Part shown: one piece after another, positions 14,792-30,710 of the stretch
Layout: each line of letters opens with the position of its first letter
How positions within the stretch are numbered: the first letter of the stretch is position 1
NCBI RefSeq assembly: GCF_009914755.1
Contig: NC_060932.1
Strand: one strand, 5' to 3'
DNA length: 64,000 nt
Source: the human T2T-CHM13v2.0 reference genome, Homo sapiens
Translations under genes and position numbers: made by a program
The notes under the pieces: generated by a model
What the model was told of the DNA's origin: nothing
The model's database searches: none
What the model saw: the letters and a program-made list of their open reading frames with translations, nothing else

Positions 14792-16151
14792 GTGTCATTA
14801 TGTCATGGAAATTGTTTAGATTTATATGTGATACATACATAAAATATATTTGGACCAATATGCTTGTATGTACACTTGGTCACAAGTTAAAATGTGTGTC
14901 TCACTGTAAGTCATGATTAAAAATGTTTGAAAAATATGGTTTTAGACAAAGGAAATACTAAAGTTTGAGGCAGGCATGTGAATGTTTTGTGGGAAAATAG
15001 TGAGTTTAACAGTTTTGCTAAATCTGAGGTGAAGAGAATAGTGAAATCAAGTCTATCCAGGGGAAGAAGAATCCATTTGGCTCTTTAGCTATTAAAGAAT
15101 TACAGGGACTCCACTTCACCTCCTGACTGTCTCCATCATCCACAATAAGATTTAACAAAGCTACATGTTAGGAAGATTAGACAGCTTAAACTTTCAGGAG
15201 TGATTCACTCGGATTGGAACTGGGGGGAGTAGACAGAGAACGATGCAAAAGAGGCAGCACAGGGTAGGAAAGTTATGGCTTTAACTGGTGACACCTGGTA
15301 AAGAAAACCAGTTTCTTGGGCACGGTTTGGGTAGATGAGGTTAAAAAAAAAAAGTGAATGTGTGATGACAAAATGGAGACCAAATTGTGAACAATTTCAC
15401 AGAAGGGCTGTCTGAGAAAAAAACAAACGGAAACAAAAAACAAAACAAAGAAAGCATTAAGAGAACAAAAAGTAGGAGTTAGGAGAAGGTTAGGATGGAG
15501 GTGAAAATCTTTGTGGTCAACTAGGGATAGTCAATAGAGATCTCTAGACATTGATGAGAAATTAAAGAAGGCCAGAAGGTCTTTAAAAAGATTACTTTGA
15601 AAGAAAGAGATTCCTTCTCCCCTGAAATCTAGCTATTAAGACCAGAGGGGATGGGAGGGATACTGGATATAGATAACAAAACTTAAACAGTTAATAAATG
15701 CTTCTTTCTTTAATTTGAACACTGACTAGAACAGCAGTTTTAATCAACAATGTGGCATTAGCCTACTACTTTTGTGTTAGTAACAAGAGACACTTTTAAG
15801 TGTGTAAAAACATTTACTTTGCTAGGTAAGAAGCATACTCTTTATATGCCCTAAATTTGTTTAATATACTACCATTACTTGAGAAATTGTATAACTTTGA
15901 CCACTCTCCATATTATGGCTAAATTAGGAAGTTAGAAGGAAGATTGAGTATTGTATGAAGGTTTTAGATTTCATGTCCTTAAAACTACTTAAAATAAGTT
16001 CAATATTGATGAAAAAAGTTGAGAAAGTTAGAAATCTAATTACAAATGTCTGAAATATGTCCACATAAGTTGAGCTTTTCCTTTTGGTTGGAGTTTGTCT
16101 GAATTCAGAGGAAATTCAGAGGTCAAGAATGATGAATAATAATAATTATTA

Positions 16152-16477
<326 letters not shown>

Positions 16478-16789
16478 TATTATTTATTAATTAATTAATT
16501 TATTTTTTGAGACGGAGTCTTGCTCTGTCTTCCAGGCTGGAGTGCAGTGGTGTGATCTCGGCTCAGTGCCAACCTCTGCCTCCCGGGTTCAAGCGATTCT
16601 CCTGCCTCAGCCTCCCGAGTAGCTGAGACTACTGGTACATGCCAACACGCCCAGCTAATTTTTGTATTTTTAGTAGACACAAGCTTTCACCATGTTGGCC
16701 AGGATGGTCTCAATCTCTTGACCTCGTGATCTGCCCGCCTGGGCCTCCCAAAGTGTTGGGATCACAGGCGTGAGCCACTGTGCCTGGCC
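16478..16789 (-). mobile_element. AluSc-like
   Basis: Full reverse Alu with TTAA/TTTA-patterned tail. Confidence 0.9.
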
Positions 16790-17395
16790 AAATAATTATT
16801 TTTTAAAAAAACCATGGCTTAAGTTATTTATTTTTAAAAGGAAGCCAAATAGTACCCCTCTGTTGTTTATTAAAGGAAATATATGACATTATAGATGTCC
16901 TGTGAGCACATGTGTATATGAGTCTATATAATTAAGAGAAAGATAGAACATGAGCCTATGCATGTTTATGTGTGTGCGTGTATTTATATTTATGTATGTG
17001 TGTGTTTGTGTGTGTGTAATGAAACTGTCTCTAGGCAAGGCCAGGTACAAAGGTCCATCATTTAAGTCTCAGAGCTAAATAAACATGTGAGGTTATAATT
17101 ATTTTATTGAGCTTTTTTATTTTATGACCCACTAATGGCTTATGGATCAGTTATATTGATAAGCACTGAAAACATACAGCTTCAGAGTTTTTTTATTTTT
17201 TCATTTATTGTTTTTATTTTAAAGTGCCAAGAAGAAAATGCCCAGTTCCCAGCCTTATTTTTCATTTATAATAAACCATAGAAGTACAATTTATATTATA
17301 GGGTAGAAACTAAAGTGTATGTAGGGTGTATATAACTGGCAATTTGTATGCGACAATAACGTACTTTCAATTTCTGATGAAAATTGTTGAACTTC

Positions 17396-17933
17396 ATTTT
17401 TGAATTTAAAATTAAATTTATTTTTAAAATTTTTTTTATTATGAATTTGGGGCGTACACATGCAGGTTTGTTACATGGACATACTGTGTAATGGTGAGAT
17501 TTGGGCTTCTAGTGTACCCATCATTCAAATAGTGCATATTGCACCCAAAAGACCATTTTTCAACACTCACCTCCCTCCTGTTCTCCAATTTTTTTGGAGT
17601 CTCCTGTGTCTATTGTTTCCATCTTTACATCCATGTCCATTGTTTATCTCCCACTTAAAAGTTAGAACATGTGGTATTTGATTTTCTGTTTCTAAGTTAT
17701 TTCACTTGGCATTCCAGTTCCATACATACAGCTGCAAAATACATGATTTTATTCTTTCTTTATTGCTGTGTAGTATTCCATGGCATATATATACCACATT
17801 TTCTTTACCCAATCATTCATTGATGAATACTTGGGTTGATTTCATGACTTTGCTATTGTGAACAGTGCTGCAATAAACATAAGAGTGCACCACCAATAGG
17901 GTATAAGCATTCCCTTTTCTCCACACCCTTGAC
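17396..17933 (-). mobile_element. 5'-truncated L1 3' end (L1PB-like) with TSD
   Basis: catgcaggtttgttacatgg...tagtattccatgg...tgctgcaataaacat; TSD aaaattgttgaa(c/a)ttc at 17380-17395 and 17934-17949. Confidence 0.85.
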
Positions 17934-18159
17934 AAAATTGTTGAAATTCTGCATTTGAGTGTATGTCTTGAAATCAACTATTCAATATCAGGTTAATGTT
18001 TCTTTTTGCACTTTTTATTATGGCAAAATTAACCCCGTTATGTCATTTAGCATTTGTGAGAAGATAACGTAATACAAACATAGTTTTTAAAATTTGTTGT
18101 TGTTTTGTTTTTACATGTACTGTAGATTATGTATGCCATATTTTATCAAGAGTTGAGAT

Positions 18160-18400
18160 GCTAGAAATTCCTGTCTGTGTAATTTCCTGTGGGAACTACC
18201 TGTAGCTTTCTGCCCAAAGAAAGAGGGGCGGGGCAGGGCTATGCAGGCCAGTTTAATCTTTCCAAATTTGCCAGCCAGATAAATTCCTTTACCTGCTCTG
18301 GGGCAGGTGAATGAATGCATGCAGTGAGGTCAGGAGTCAGCTCCAGCTGTATAGAAGGAAACATCAGGAGTGAGGAGTGTCTCCTCCCCTCCCAGTGTTA
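18160..18400. promoter_or_regulatory. Candidate enhancer-like unique segment
   Basis: Locally GC-richer non-repeat DNA with GC-box GGGGCGGGGC (18225-18234), TTCCTG ETS cores, CAGGTG E-box and TGAGGTCA (18325-18332). Motif-only evidence. Confidence 0.25.
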
Positions 18401-19157
18401 ACATTTCTAATATTCATGGGTAGATTCAATTGAAAACTAAGTATAAACATTTTGTTTAATGTAGTGCTTGATTATCTGTCTTATCTATTTTCAAGTAAAA
18501 CTAAAAACTGAGTATTTAGCTTTAAAATTATTTAGCTTCTCTCAAACTCTCAGTTTTATCAACATCTTGTCAATTTTAATTGATAACACCTTCAGCAGAG
18601 TTTGTAGGAATGAAATAGAAGCATTTCCCAGTTTTGCTTCAAGAGTCTGAAATATTTTGGTTTTTTAAGATTATATTGCCATTACAAAGAAAACCATTTG
18701 ACTTGATATATGTATATGTTCCCCATGGTCAGAGCCTACCATTAAATTTTCTAAAGATTCTTAGGTTAATTTTTTTAACTGTGTACTTTCAGTGCTAAAA
18801 TATTTATTAGAATCACACTATGGGGAATGAGAAATGTTAGACTTTATCAATATCGTTGTCTATTGGATCCTCTACATTTACAGTCAAATTCTTCAAGTCT
18901 CATCATATGTACAGAAATTGAAGAACAGTTAATTTCTAGGTGACTAAATTTGGAAACACATGTAAAGAGAGCAGAAGGGCAATGGAAATTTACGCAAGAG
19001 AGAACTACCTATTTTCTGAATTTGTTAATATTTAAAATAGGACCCCTACCCAAACTAAATGAAACTAAAAATTCAGTTCTTGTTTTTCTGCTAGACCTTG
19101 CATTTCTTTGTATTACTATTTGCACCATTAAAAATATATATATAAATATATATTTTA

Positions 19158-19471
<314 letters not shown>

Positions 19472-19511
19472 TTATGATGCATTAGCTTACATAAATATAC
19501 ATTGAAATTTA

Positions 19512-19786
<275 letters not shown>

Positions 19787-20193
19787 TTAAATAGTATTAG
19801 GGACAAAAGGATTAATGAACACGGTTTAAAGGAATTCTGCATATTAGAATTCTGGAATACTTCCGCAGGCATTCTAAAGTCCTAAAACCTGTTGTTTTAC
19901 GGATTCTAAAATTCAGTTTTTTGTACAGCGGATTTTCAAACAATTTTTTTTCTTTTACTGAGGACGTTGAAATTCATAGCACAGGATCTTGAGTCCACCC
20001 TGAAAACTAAAGAAAGTGGCTTGTTAGACTCTTCAGTCCCAAAATATAATGTGAAATGAGAATGCATGTTGATATCAGATAAATTTAGGCTTTGAATCTT
20101 GGCTTTGTCAAGCGGTATGTATTCTTGCTCAAGCTAGTGTACCTTTTTGAGACTTAGTTTGCTCATGTATAAAGCTGGAGATAGCTACGCATC

Positions 20194-20502
20194 TTTTCTT
20201 TTTCTTTTTTCTTTTTTGAGATGGAGTTTAGCTCTTGTTGCCCAGACTGGAGTGCAATCGCGCGATCTGATCTTTGCTCACCACGACTTCCGCCTCCCGA
20301 GTTCAAGCGATTCTCCTGCCTCAGCCTCCCAAGCAGCTGGGATTGCAGGCACGTGCCACCACGCCTGGCTAATTTGTATTTTTAGTAGAGACGGGGTTTC
20401 TCCATGTTGGTCAGGCTGGTCTCGAACTCCCGACCTCAGGTGATCTGCCCGCCTCGGCCTCCCGAAGTGATAGAATTACATGCATGGCCACCCCGCTCGG
20501 CC
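20194..20502 (-). mobile_element. AluSp-like, CpG-rich, inserted in a MIR
   Basis: Reverse Alu with Sp diagnostics; TSD gc(t/a)acgcat. Confidence 0.9.
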
Positions 20503-22186
20503 GGCAACGCATAATTTTAAAGGGATATGAAAGGGCTTGAAAAATATCTAGCACAGAATTGGCCCTTGTTATTTGTTAAGCACAGTATTATTTCCAAGGG
20601 AACTCTCCCAAATCATCCCTGACCAAACTACTACCCTTATTAAGAGATAGATTGGCCTCTTAGATTATATATCCCTTAGCTTTGCTCATCAATAGAGGCA
20701 AAGGATTCATTTATCTAAAGGAATAAAAAACAATTGCCCTTGAAGTTAGTGGATTCGTGCACCTAAAAAATGGCCTGCATATGGTACCAATCAAATCTTT
20801 TATTTCTTGCATATTTTGCAGATAATACGATTTTCAAATACAGGTTGTATGGAATCAAGTGAATCATCTTTAGGAGAAGACTGATTTTTAGTAACCTAAA
20901 ATTTTTAGTAATCAAATCTGGCAGAGCCCAGATTTGAACTGAGGAGACTGTCTTTAGAGCCATACACTTATTCAGGACAGTAAATATTCAGAGATAAAAC
21001 CAGTGTAGAAATTAATATCAGGGCTATATCATTAACAAGATTCTATCACTTCATTTGCATTTTTTTTTTTTTTTGGTGTATGTGTCTCTTATATAAAGAA
21101 ATAGCGATGCTGTGAATGCCTACATATTTGTTGAACAAACATTTTTTAAAATTAGAAACTGGATAACAAGAGAGAATAAGAAAAATGTTCTGCATTTGTT
21201 AAACTACCATGGAGGTGAAGGAAGATTTTACAAGCTGAAAAATATGAAAAAAAAAGAACATTTCTTTATCTTCTGTAGTATTGATAAATAACATATTTCC
21301 AGAAGATTATCCATCACATCAATGTTTTCAAGTTTATTTGTATCAATTTGAGGAAAGTAGTCTATCATGACACTTTTAATTGATTAGGATATACCATATT
21401 ACCAAAAATAGCAAAAACATATCACAAAGGTTTATGATTTATATAACAGGAAAAACAACCTTAACTTTTTTTTTTTGATGTTATAGAAAAAAGTGTTATT
21501 TTTTGGAAAAATTCTCCCATACAATCTGAGAACAATATAATTCTTATTAAATGTATGCTTAATAGCCTATTAGATAATTTGCTTATCTATGTGCTATACC
21601 TGGTAACTTTTGGTTTATTAATGTAAATTTTAAAAAGTTCCTCAAGAATTAATAATAACACAAAAGTTTAATAAGATTAACTGGAAAGTACATAATATCT
21701 AAGGTAAAATTAAATCAAACTTTGGGAAAAATCATTTTCCCTTCTTTGAGCAGCGCACATTTTAATTGTATACGTGCATAGCCATGGCAGAGCAGCACAT
21801 ATTGAGTGCCCAAAGTGTCAAAGCTGGCAGCCCAGGCTGAATCCTGTAGCATGGCTGCACTCTGATAAGCTACTACAGGTCTTCTCTCTGATACTTAGTT
21901 TGAACTTTAAAAATAATTTTTATCAGTGAAACCAAGAGTGAATGATAAAGATAATAGCTAAAGTAAAACAAAATTCAGGCGGAGGTGAAGTAAGTCCAAC
22001 TTTATTAATTTTTTGTATTGAAGTATGGTACTGAAATAATATTTTACCATATTTTCCATGAACCTTGCCAGAAAATATATCTGGGATAATTAAGTGTTAT
22101 ACATATTACTACAAAGGAAGTAAGGACTCTTCATTTTCAATCCTAATGACCTTGAACAAGTAACTTCGTTTCTCTGGATCTCATTT

Positions 22187-22685
<499 letters not shown>

Positions 22686-23772
22686 GACTATATTACATCT
22701 GAAATTTCTTTACTTTTAACACTTTATGAGCCATTTATGTTTTTCCTAATTCCTATACTTGAGTCAGACACAGGAGTTACCATACAAATTTTGTGCTTTT
22801 CCACTTCTGGAACTGCCTTATACTCCAGACTTTTCATGGAATATCCATCTGCTCTTCTTACTAGTAGAAATTCCATTTATTTTTCAAGGTTCAACTCTGG
22901 CTATCCCTGAGATGAATTGAATTATCAGCCAGGAAAAAACTTTCGTTCCCTGGAATTTTGAAAACAGTAAGTTAGTATTATTTTTGAGCACTTACCTGTT
23001 CTTTGTTCTGTTAGGGTTGCTATGTACTTGATGAGTTTCTGTCATTCCTACAGGAGCTGGGCAAATCTGATAAGCACGAGTAGGGCGATGAATAGAAGAT
23101 AATGGTGGGACCCCAAGGCACTTTCTAGGATGTACACATTTCATCAAGAGGGGGTGTCACAGCCTTAGTGAGATTTCTGTACTGTCCACAGGGAAATTTA
23201 AGATCAACATGGCCAAATTCTATTTCAATAAAAATTATGCATCTAAATTTTCAATGAAATTTTTGACATCTGAAAACTCATTTATAAAAATAAAAATGCA
23301 AAATGCCCAAACAAAAAAAAATGTGTAATGGCCACTTGTATACACTTGTATACACCTCTGGACTCTGGACTGCATACCCTGTGCCTGTCTTCATCCTCTA
23401 ACATAACATAATCTACTTGCACCTTTGTTCAGGGAAATTTTGTGAATTTTGTTGGAAATGTTCGATAGCCTTTGTGTATAAGCTTGAATAAAATCATGAT
23501 ATTGAAGTTTTTAAAAATCTAGTGCAAACAACTGTCAAGCGCAATATCACAATATCCTCGAGAAAATCAAGTTGTGAAGTGGATCATCCTCAAATTTAAA
23601 ATCTTTTGGTCTCACCCTCAGAATATCCCCTACTTGAGGCTTTGCAGTGTAAATGCCTTCCTGAATAAAAATGAGATTAAGGAATATTTCACAGTTCCTT
23701 AAGCAGCAGAAAGATTAGCTAGTTGCCTAGAAAAAATTAAAAATCTCATCTGGAAATTTGGGAGGATTTTAA

Positions 23773-24184
<412 letters not shown>

Positions 24185-25879
24185 TGATCGCCTTTTGATG
24201 TTTGTCACTAGAACACTGACAAGTTTATATTCTTTTAAATACCACTTGCTGGTCGTCATGCTTGCTTTTTCTTTATTAAGAATATGTTTGAATTTTAACC
24301 TGTAAACACAAAATTTGACACAGTCATATCTTGATTCTGTATCTAACAGCAGTAGTGTTTATAACATATTTACACCATTGTTTCATTATTGTTGGCTGAA
24401 GTAATTCCTAGTTAACTTTTCATTTTCTGGTTAAAATTGTAATCTAATTCCGTGTTCTGTTTATCACTAAATAACAGAGTAATCAGTAGTGACTGAATAT
24501 TAGGAGGGACAATTGAACACTTTTAAACTCAATGACATGTGAACTGAACATGCGCAGGTATCATAAAACAAAGTTTGAAATGATTTGTTTATAACAAAAC
24601 AATAGCTCTTTAATGAGGAAATGGACAACAGCATGTTATGTTTTGCTAAAATAAATATAAAATGGATTATATTTCTAAAAATGATGAATGTTGCTATATT
24701 AAAATATTTATTCATTTATTTCAAATAAGTCACTTAATTTTTTTTTTAAATTTTATCTTAATAAATTAGTCAAGGGATGGTTACTTTCTCTTTTCAATGC
24801 AAATGTAATTCCTTAAGTGGTTTTCATGGCCCAGGGCATGACTGCATTTCTCTGCATCTTTTCTCTTTAACAGGGCTATTAACATTAAGCAAGCAAAAGT
24901 GTTCTCTTGTTAAAAAGGAACAGTCCACCCATTCCACCCAGAGAAGTTCCCTCTGGTGCTCGGCCCCTCCCTGCACTCAGGTCTGCAGTGAGGCCATTTC
25001 TTTTCTCAGCTTTTGTTACACTGCCCCCTGCATCTCACCAAGTGGACTCGCAGTCTAAATTGTTAAGGTTTCTCATATTTTTTCCTCCCTAAAACGTAAA
25101 CATACCATTGGTGCAACTCTTCCTTGAAGCTTAATGTCGTGTATTTAATGCTGGACTTAGGTAAATGAAAGGTCCGCTCTCTTAAAACTGAGAGAAATTA
25201 TTCATTTAAATAGGATGTATATAATACTTTAAAAACTGTGTATCTAATATCTCTTAAAATTTATTATAATAACACTTATTAAGGATTAGACAAGGTGATA
25301 CCTTAGCAAGTGTTATTAGTTACAGTTTCTTAGATATATTATCTCTGTATTGATATGTCTCGATCAATAATAAACAGCACTGATATAACTGACCTTTTAG
25401 TACAGTTTGCTATACACATGGACACTTTCACATAAAATACTTCATGAATTATCACAACTTTATTATTAGTAGTATTACAGATTCAAAAGTAAAGTTAAGG
25501 AATATTCAAGTTAGGGAAGCCAAGTAGATGGCTGCTTTTCAGAACGTAAATTTTTATTGTTTTAATGAAAGAAAATATGGCAAAATTGGCAATATATTTT
25601 CCTTTTGACCCAACGTGTCATTAAGAAGAATTCTAAGTAAATTAGAATGTTTAGCTCAGCATTTCTTTAAATAGAAATTGTTAGAAATGAATCACATGAC
25701 TAAATAGGAGAATGGCTAAGTATAGTGTGGTACATCTTCATGATGAGCAATAAACAGTCATTACGAATCATGTTTTCAGTAAAATGGAAAATGGAAAATG
25801 GAAAAAAGCTCTCTGGTTAATAATAATTGAAAAGAGTGATATTTAGAAATGTATAGTCCTTCTGATTGCAATTGTGGAA

Positions 25880-26490
25880 ACAACCTTTGAGTTCTGAGCC
25901 AGAGTACTCCAGTGCACAAGGCTTCTGCCCATCTCAAGGGCCTCCCTGGAATTCTCCTGGCCATCCTCTTTGCCTGGCTACTTCTTCAGGTTCCAGCTTA
26001 AGTGTTTCTTTCTCAGGAAAGCCTTTGCTGATCTGCAGGACCACTTCAGCCACATTATGTTCCCCAGTTACATGTTCTCACAAAACTCTAATTTTCCTTC
26101 ATGGTATATATTATGATTATAATTAATCACCTTGTGGTATCTTTCAAATGTCTGTCCTCCCCAATAGACTATCAGCTTCACTGAAGCAGTAACTGTGTCC
26201 TTGTTTACTCAATGCCTGCCCCAGTGACTGGGACATAGAATGAGCTCAGTAAACATTTGTTGAGGAAATGAACAAATGAGTGAATTGCAAGGCACTCTCT
26301 GAGCACTTTTGACATAATTTCATTGAGACTCCACCAAAAACTTATGAAGTAGAAACCATATTTATTACATTTTATGGATAAGGAAACTAAATTGTAAAGG
26401 AAGAAAATTGGCCAGAGTTATACAGTAGGCGGACAGCTCCAATGTAAACCTGACGTCTCTGAATGTTGTGCACAAGCTCTTAGCCGCCAA
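25880..26490. mobile_element. L2 3' end followed by MIR
   Basis: ttctcaggaaagcctt...gagctcagtaaacatttgttgaggaaatgaacaaatgagtgaa (L2 tail); attttatggataaggaaact (MIR). Confidence 0.7.
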
Positions 26491-27267
26491 TTGTAAGTGG
26501 TTGTACTGAATGTAACTAAGATAACTATATTTAAATGGTCAACTTTGTAGGTCAAATATGCAGAAATATTACAAATCTTTATATTAATTTGTTAATAAAT
26601 TTATAAACATGTTAAATTCTGAAGAAAATATATAAAAATGGAAATGGTGGTAGAATTGCACTGGTTCTTATTTTTTTCACACAATTCTACATTTCACAAA
26701 TTCCCTATACCAAGTACTTATCATTTTCTATAAAAAGGAAGAAAACCATTAAAGCATGTTGGAGCTAGGTTTCAAGTGTGAATATTTTGACATCAAATTC
26801 CAAAGAGTTTCCACTCATCAAAAGAGAAAAGTTGATCACTATCTTGTGAATTGGCACACAATTTGCAATTAATTTTTCTGAACAATTTAACCCAAAATCA
26901 ATGTCATAAATATATTTTAATAATGTTCAATGTAAAATTCTATGTAAAAAACTGCAGAATAAGTAGCTACATTAAGCCTATACCATAGAAACTGTTAATT
27001 AAAGTTTTGAGCTGATTGAATATATTTCTTTCTATGTATAGCTTTTATGCTTTTTGACATTTTCCTATCACTAATACTGATTAGCAATCAAATGTATACC
27101 ATCCAGTTTTAAAGATACCTAATTTATTTATTTCAAACTTCAATATTTAAGATAAACTTGCCTTTCAAAAATTAATTTTGTTCCTCAAACTCACCAAAGT
27201 AAAACATAATTTAAAATCTATCTCTATAGATTTCCTCTTATACTTTTTATTTTGGTTTTTCTTCCAG

Positions 27268-27299
27268 TGATTGCTGCCTTGACCGTCCCTGCTCTTGAA
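27268..27299 (+). other. Candidate 32-nt exon (likely 5'UTR)
   Basis: Long AG-free pyrimidine tract tttcctcttatactttttattttggtttttcttccAG, exon TGATTGCTGCCTTGACCGTCCCTGCTCTTGAA, donor GAA|GTAAGT; GC-richer than flanks; no ATG. Confidence 0.6.
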
Positions 27300-28204
27300 G
27301 TAAGTACAAATGAGCAAGGACCCTGAAAAACTCTGGGCTCAGATTGCCCTAGTTTGTTAGATAATTTTGATGGTACAGGGGCATGTATTTTGAGATACAG
27401 CATTTGGTAGTCTTTGGAGTTAAGTCATACTGCCGACACAGATTCTACTGGCTGTTGCAGACACTAGCTTCCCTACTAGGTCTGCTCTAGCTGCCAACCA
27501 TATCCTTCATCCAAAGCATCAGATGTGAGCCCTGAATGATTATATAGGGCCCAGTTTTATTCAGGCCTTAATGCCAGACTTACAGATGAATGAATGACTG
27601 AATGAATTACAGTCCCTGCCTTAACTGGATTCTTAATTTCTAGCTCTTCTTTCTTGACCATCACATTTGACTTCTTGACCTTAACCTTACAAATGAAACT
27701 AGCTGTCCTTCCTAAGGACATTGTCCCTACGATCAGCCTTGGCCAAATAATTTTCCCTTAAGTTTTCTGCATGTCTTAAAGTATAAGTCTCCATTGTCCC
27801 TCTTATAGAGACCTCAACATGCTTTCTGGTTGAACCTTAGCAGTACCTTTTGTTATATTTTAATAACCAGATTTGAGTAACTTGATTTGGCCATCTTTCT
27901 TTTTCCTTCATTGATCATATACATGTTGAATCTGTGTTATGTACAAAGTAGTAAGCTAAGCCCTTAGGAAGAAAATAAGATACCTATAAACAATAGTCCT
28001 TGCCTAAGAGTATTTCACACTTTAGTTAAATTAGTAATAATTACTATAGTTCTTTTGTAGAAACCAATTTCAGTTCATCTGTACCTTTGTAGATGGAAGC
28101 TGACCAAATTCAGGCAAAAAACAAACAAACAAAAATTTTCTATGCTGAAAGTTTATAGTTGATTTTGGAATTTCACTTTCTAAAAGTGAATTTAAAAACT
28201 GAGT

Positions 28205-28509
28205 AGCCAGGCATGGTGGCTCATGCCTGTAATCCCAGCGCTTCGGGAGGTTGAGCCGGGAGGATCTCTTGACCCCAGGAGTTTGAGACCACCCGGGCAA
28301 CAGAGCAAGACCCCATCTCTACAAAAAATAAAAAATTAGCTGGGTGTGGTGGCATGTGCCTGTGGTCTCAGCAATGTGGGAAGCTGAGGCAGGAGGATCA
28401 CTTGAGCCTGGGAGATCGAGGCGGCAGTGAGCCGCCATGATCACACCACTTGCACTCCAGCATGTGCGACAGAGCGAGACCCTGTCTAAAAAAAAATGAT
28501 AAGAAAAAA
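28205..28509 (+). mobile_element. AluJ
   Basis: ggaggatctcttgacccca, tctctacaaaaaataaaaaattag, ggaggatcacttgagcct. Confidence 0.85.
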
Positions 28510-29242
28510 CTAGGTAATGTTAAATCCCACTTACTTCAACAATTTAAAAATTGGCAAATATTAAAAACCCAGTTTTTTACTCATTTCTGAATAATATAAA
28601 TGCTTTAAAACTCATTTTGACAACCTTTATATTCCACTATAACAGTATTTACCTTGGGACAGGCTCCTTTTGCCAACTTGCAGACAGGTTTTTCTTTTAC
28701 ATGTAATTGTATGTGTAGATCAGCGATTCTTATATTTTTTTATTTTATTTATTTATTTGTTTTTAAGTTTAACATGCCGTTGGCTCTAGAAGCTGCCATG
28801 TTTAAGAATTTCGGGATAGACACATATTTGATCTTTTATATTTGTTATTTGGTTTGTACACGTAATATCACTGATCTGCTCAACAAATCTTTAATGGCTT
28901 CCAATCATTCATGTAAACAAATCTGAAATTTTCTGTCTAGCTCTCTCCAAACCCTCCATAAAATAGTCCCACTCTTACTATCCAATCACACTTCTCACAT
29001 ATCCTTTCAAACACTAATTATTTGCCTTTCTTTGACCCAAAAGTCTTCTTTTCTTTTGCCTACCAATCAAAATTTATCTATCCTTTAAAGCCCAGCTTAG
29101 ACCCAGTTTCATGATCACTCCAGTTCTCAATTATGAATTTTCCTCTGAATTTCAGGACTAACTAGAATTAGAATAATTTCTTTTCTCACTTGTTCATGCT
29201 AATTAAGATGATCATTATTTCCCTCCACAAAGATTGACTCCT

Positions 29243-29612
29243 TGTATTAGGTCATTCTCACACTGCTATAAGGACATACCTGAAACTGGGTAATTTATAA
29301 AAGAAAGAGATTTGACTCACAGTTCCTCAAGGCTGGGGAGGCCTCAGGAAACTCACAATCATGGTGGAAGGGGAAGCAAACACGGCCTTCTTCACTTGGC
29401 AGCAGCAAGGAGAAGTGCCAAGCAAAAGGGGAAAAGCCCCTTATAAAACCATCAGATCTCTTGAGAACTCACTCACTATCACGAGAATAGCATGAGGGTA
29501 ACCATCCCTATGATTCAATTACCTCCCACCAGATCCCTCCCATGACATGTGGGGATTATGAAAACTACAATTCAAAATGAGATTTGGGTGGGGACACAGA
29601 CAAACCATATCA
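29243..29612 (-). mobile_element. THE1D-like solo LTR
   Basis: tgtattag...aaccatatca termini with perfect 5-bp TSD CTCCT (29238-29242, 29613-29617). Confidence 0.9.
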
Positions 29613-29741
29613 CTCCTTGAGGGTAGGAACCATGCTTTATATTTTTCTTTATGTCTTTGGACTCCAGAAACAAGGGCCACTTATTAGGGAGTTTAGAAAT
29701 CACTGTTGTTAAATGTAATTTGACAAAATTGGTCATTGGAC

Positions 29742-30106
<365 letters not shown>

Positions 30107-30327
30107 TAGGACTTTAAAGCATTAGAGACTTTAGGGATTAATATAGCAAATTCTTCATTTTACAGATGAGAGAACTGCGATTTACACAGGGACAGTATGG
30201 ATCAGCCATTCTTAGTAGCCTTTATCTCAGTATCTTTGATAGCCTTTCTCATTCTATTTCCTCAAATTTAAAAAATGAATATAAGGAGTGTGATGTTTTC
30301 TGTCTATTAAAAAGTATGAAAAGGCAC

Positions 30328-30710
30328 TGTTTCATCCTCGGTTTGGTCAGAAAAGCAGAAAACACTTCAGGAGTTTGAAGTAGGAGGGATTTAATTCCAG
30401 GAACAAAATGCTCACAAAACTAATGGAAGACCTGGAGAAATAGAATTCAGGAAAGACCACTGTTAGCTTTTAGGCTCACCGCTCACTTTGGTGAGTCAAG
30501 AAGCTCCCAGCACTGATCAAAGAAAAGGCCTCCAATATGGAGGTGGCTGAATTCCAGAAAAATAACCCAGAAGCCACAATAGCATCTCATATTTGTTGGA
30601 GCCACGCATATATTCACCTGCAGTTACTGGAGGAATGGTAAAGGTCCTGCCTTTCTTCCACCTTCCAAATTTTACCTGAGTGCTTCTAAATGGCAGAATC
30701 TGTGCTGTGA
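30328..30710. mobile_element. Old LTR fragment (ERVL/MaLR-like)
   Basis: tgtttcatcctcggtttggtcagaaaagcagaaaacac...ggatttaat resembles old LTR termini. Confidence 0.35.

Noticed and set aside
26420-26440. REST/RE1-like motif (cggacagctcc)
   Set aside because: Only the right half matches, the left half and spacing are off, and it lies in a MIR relic.
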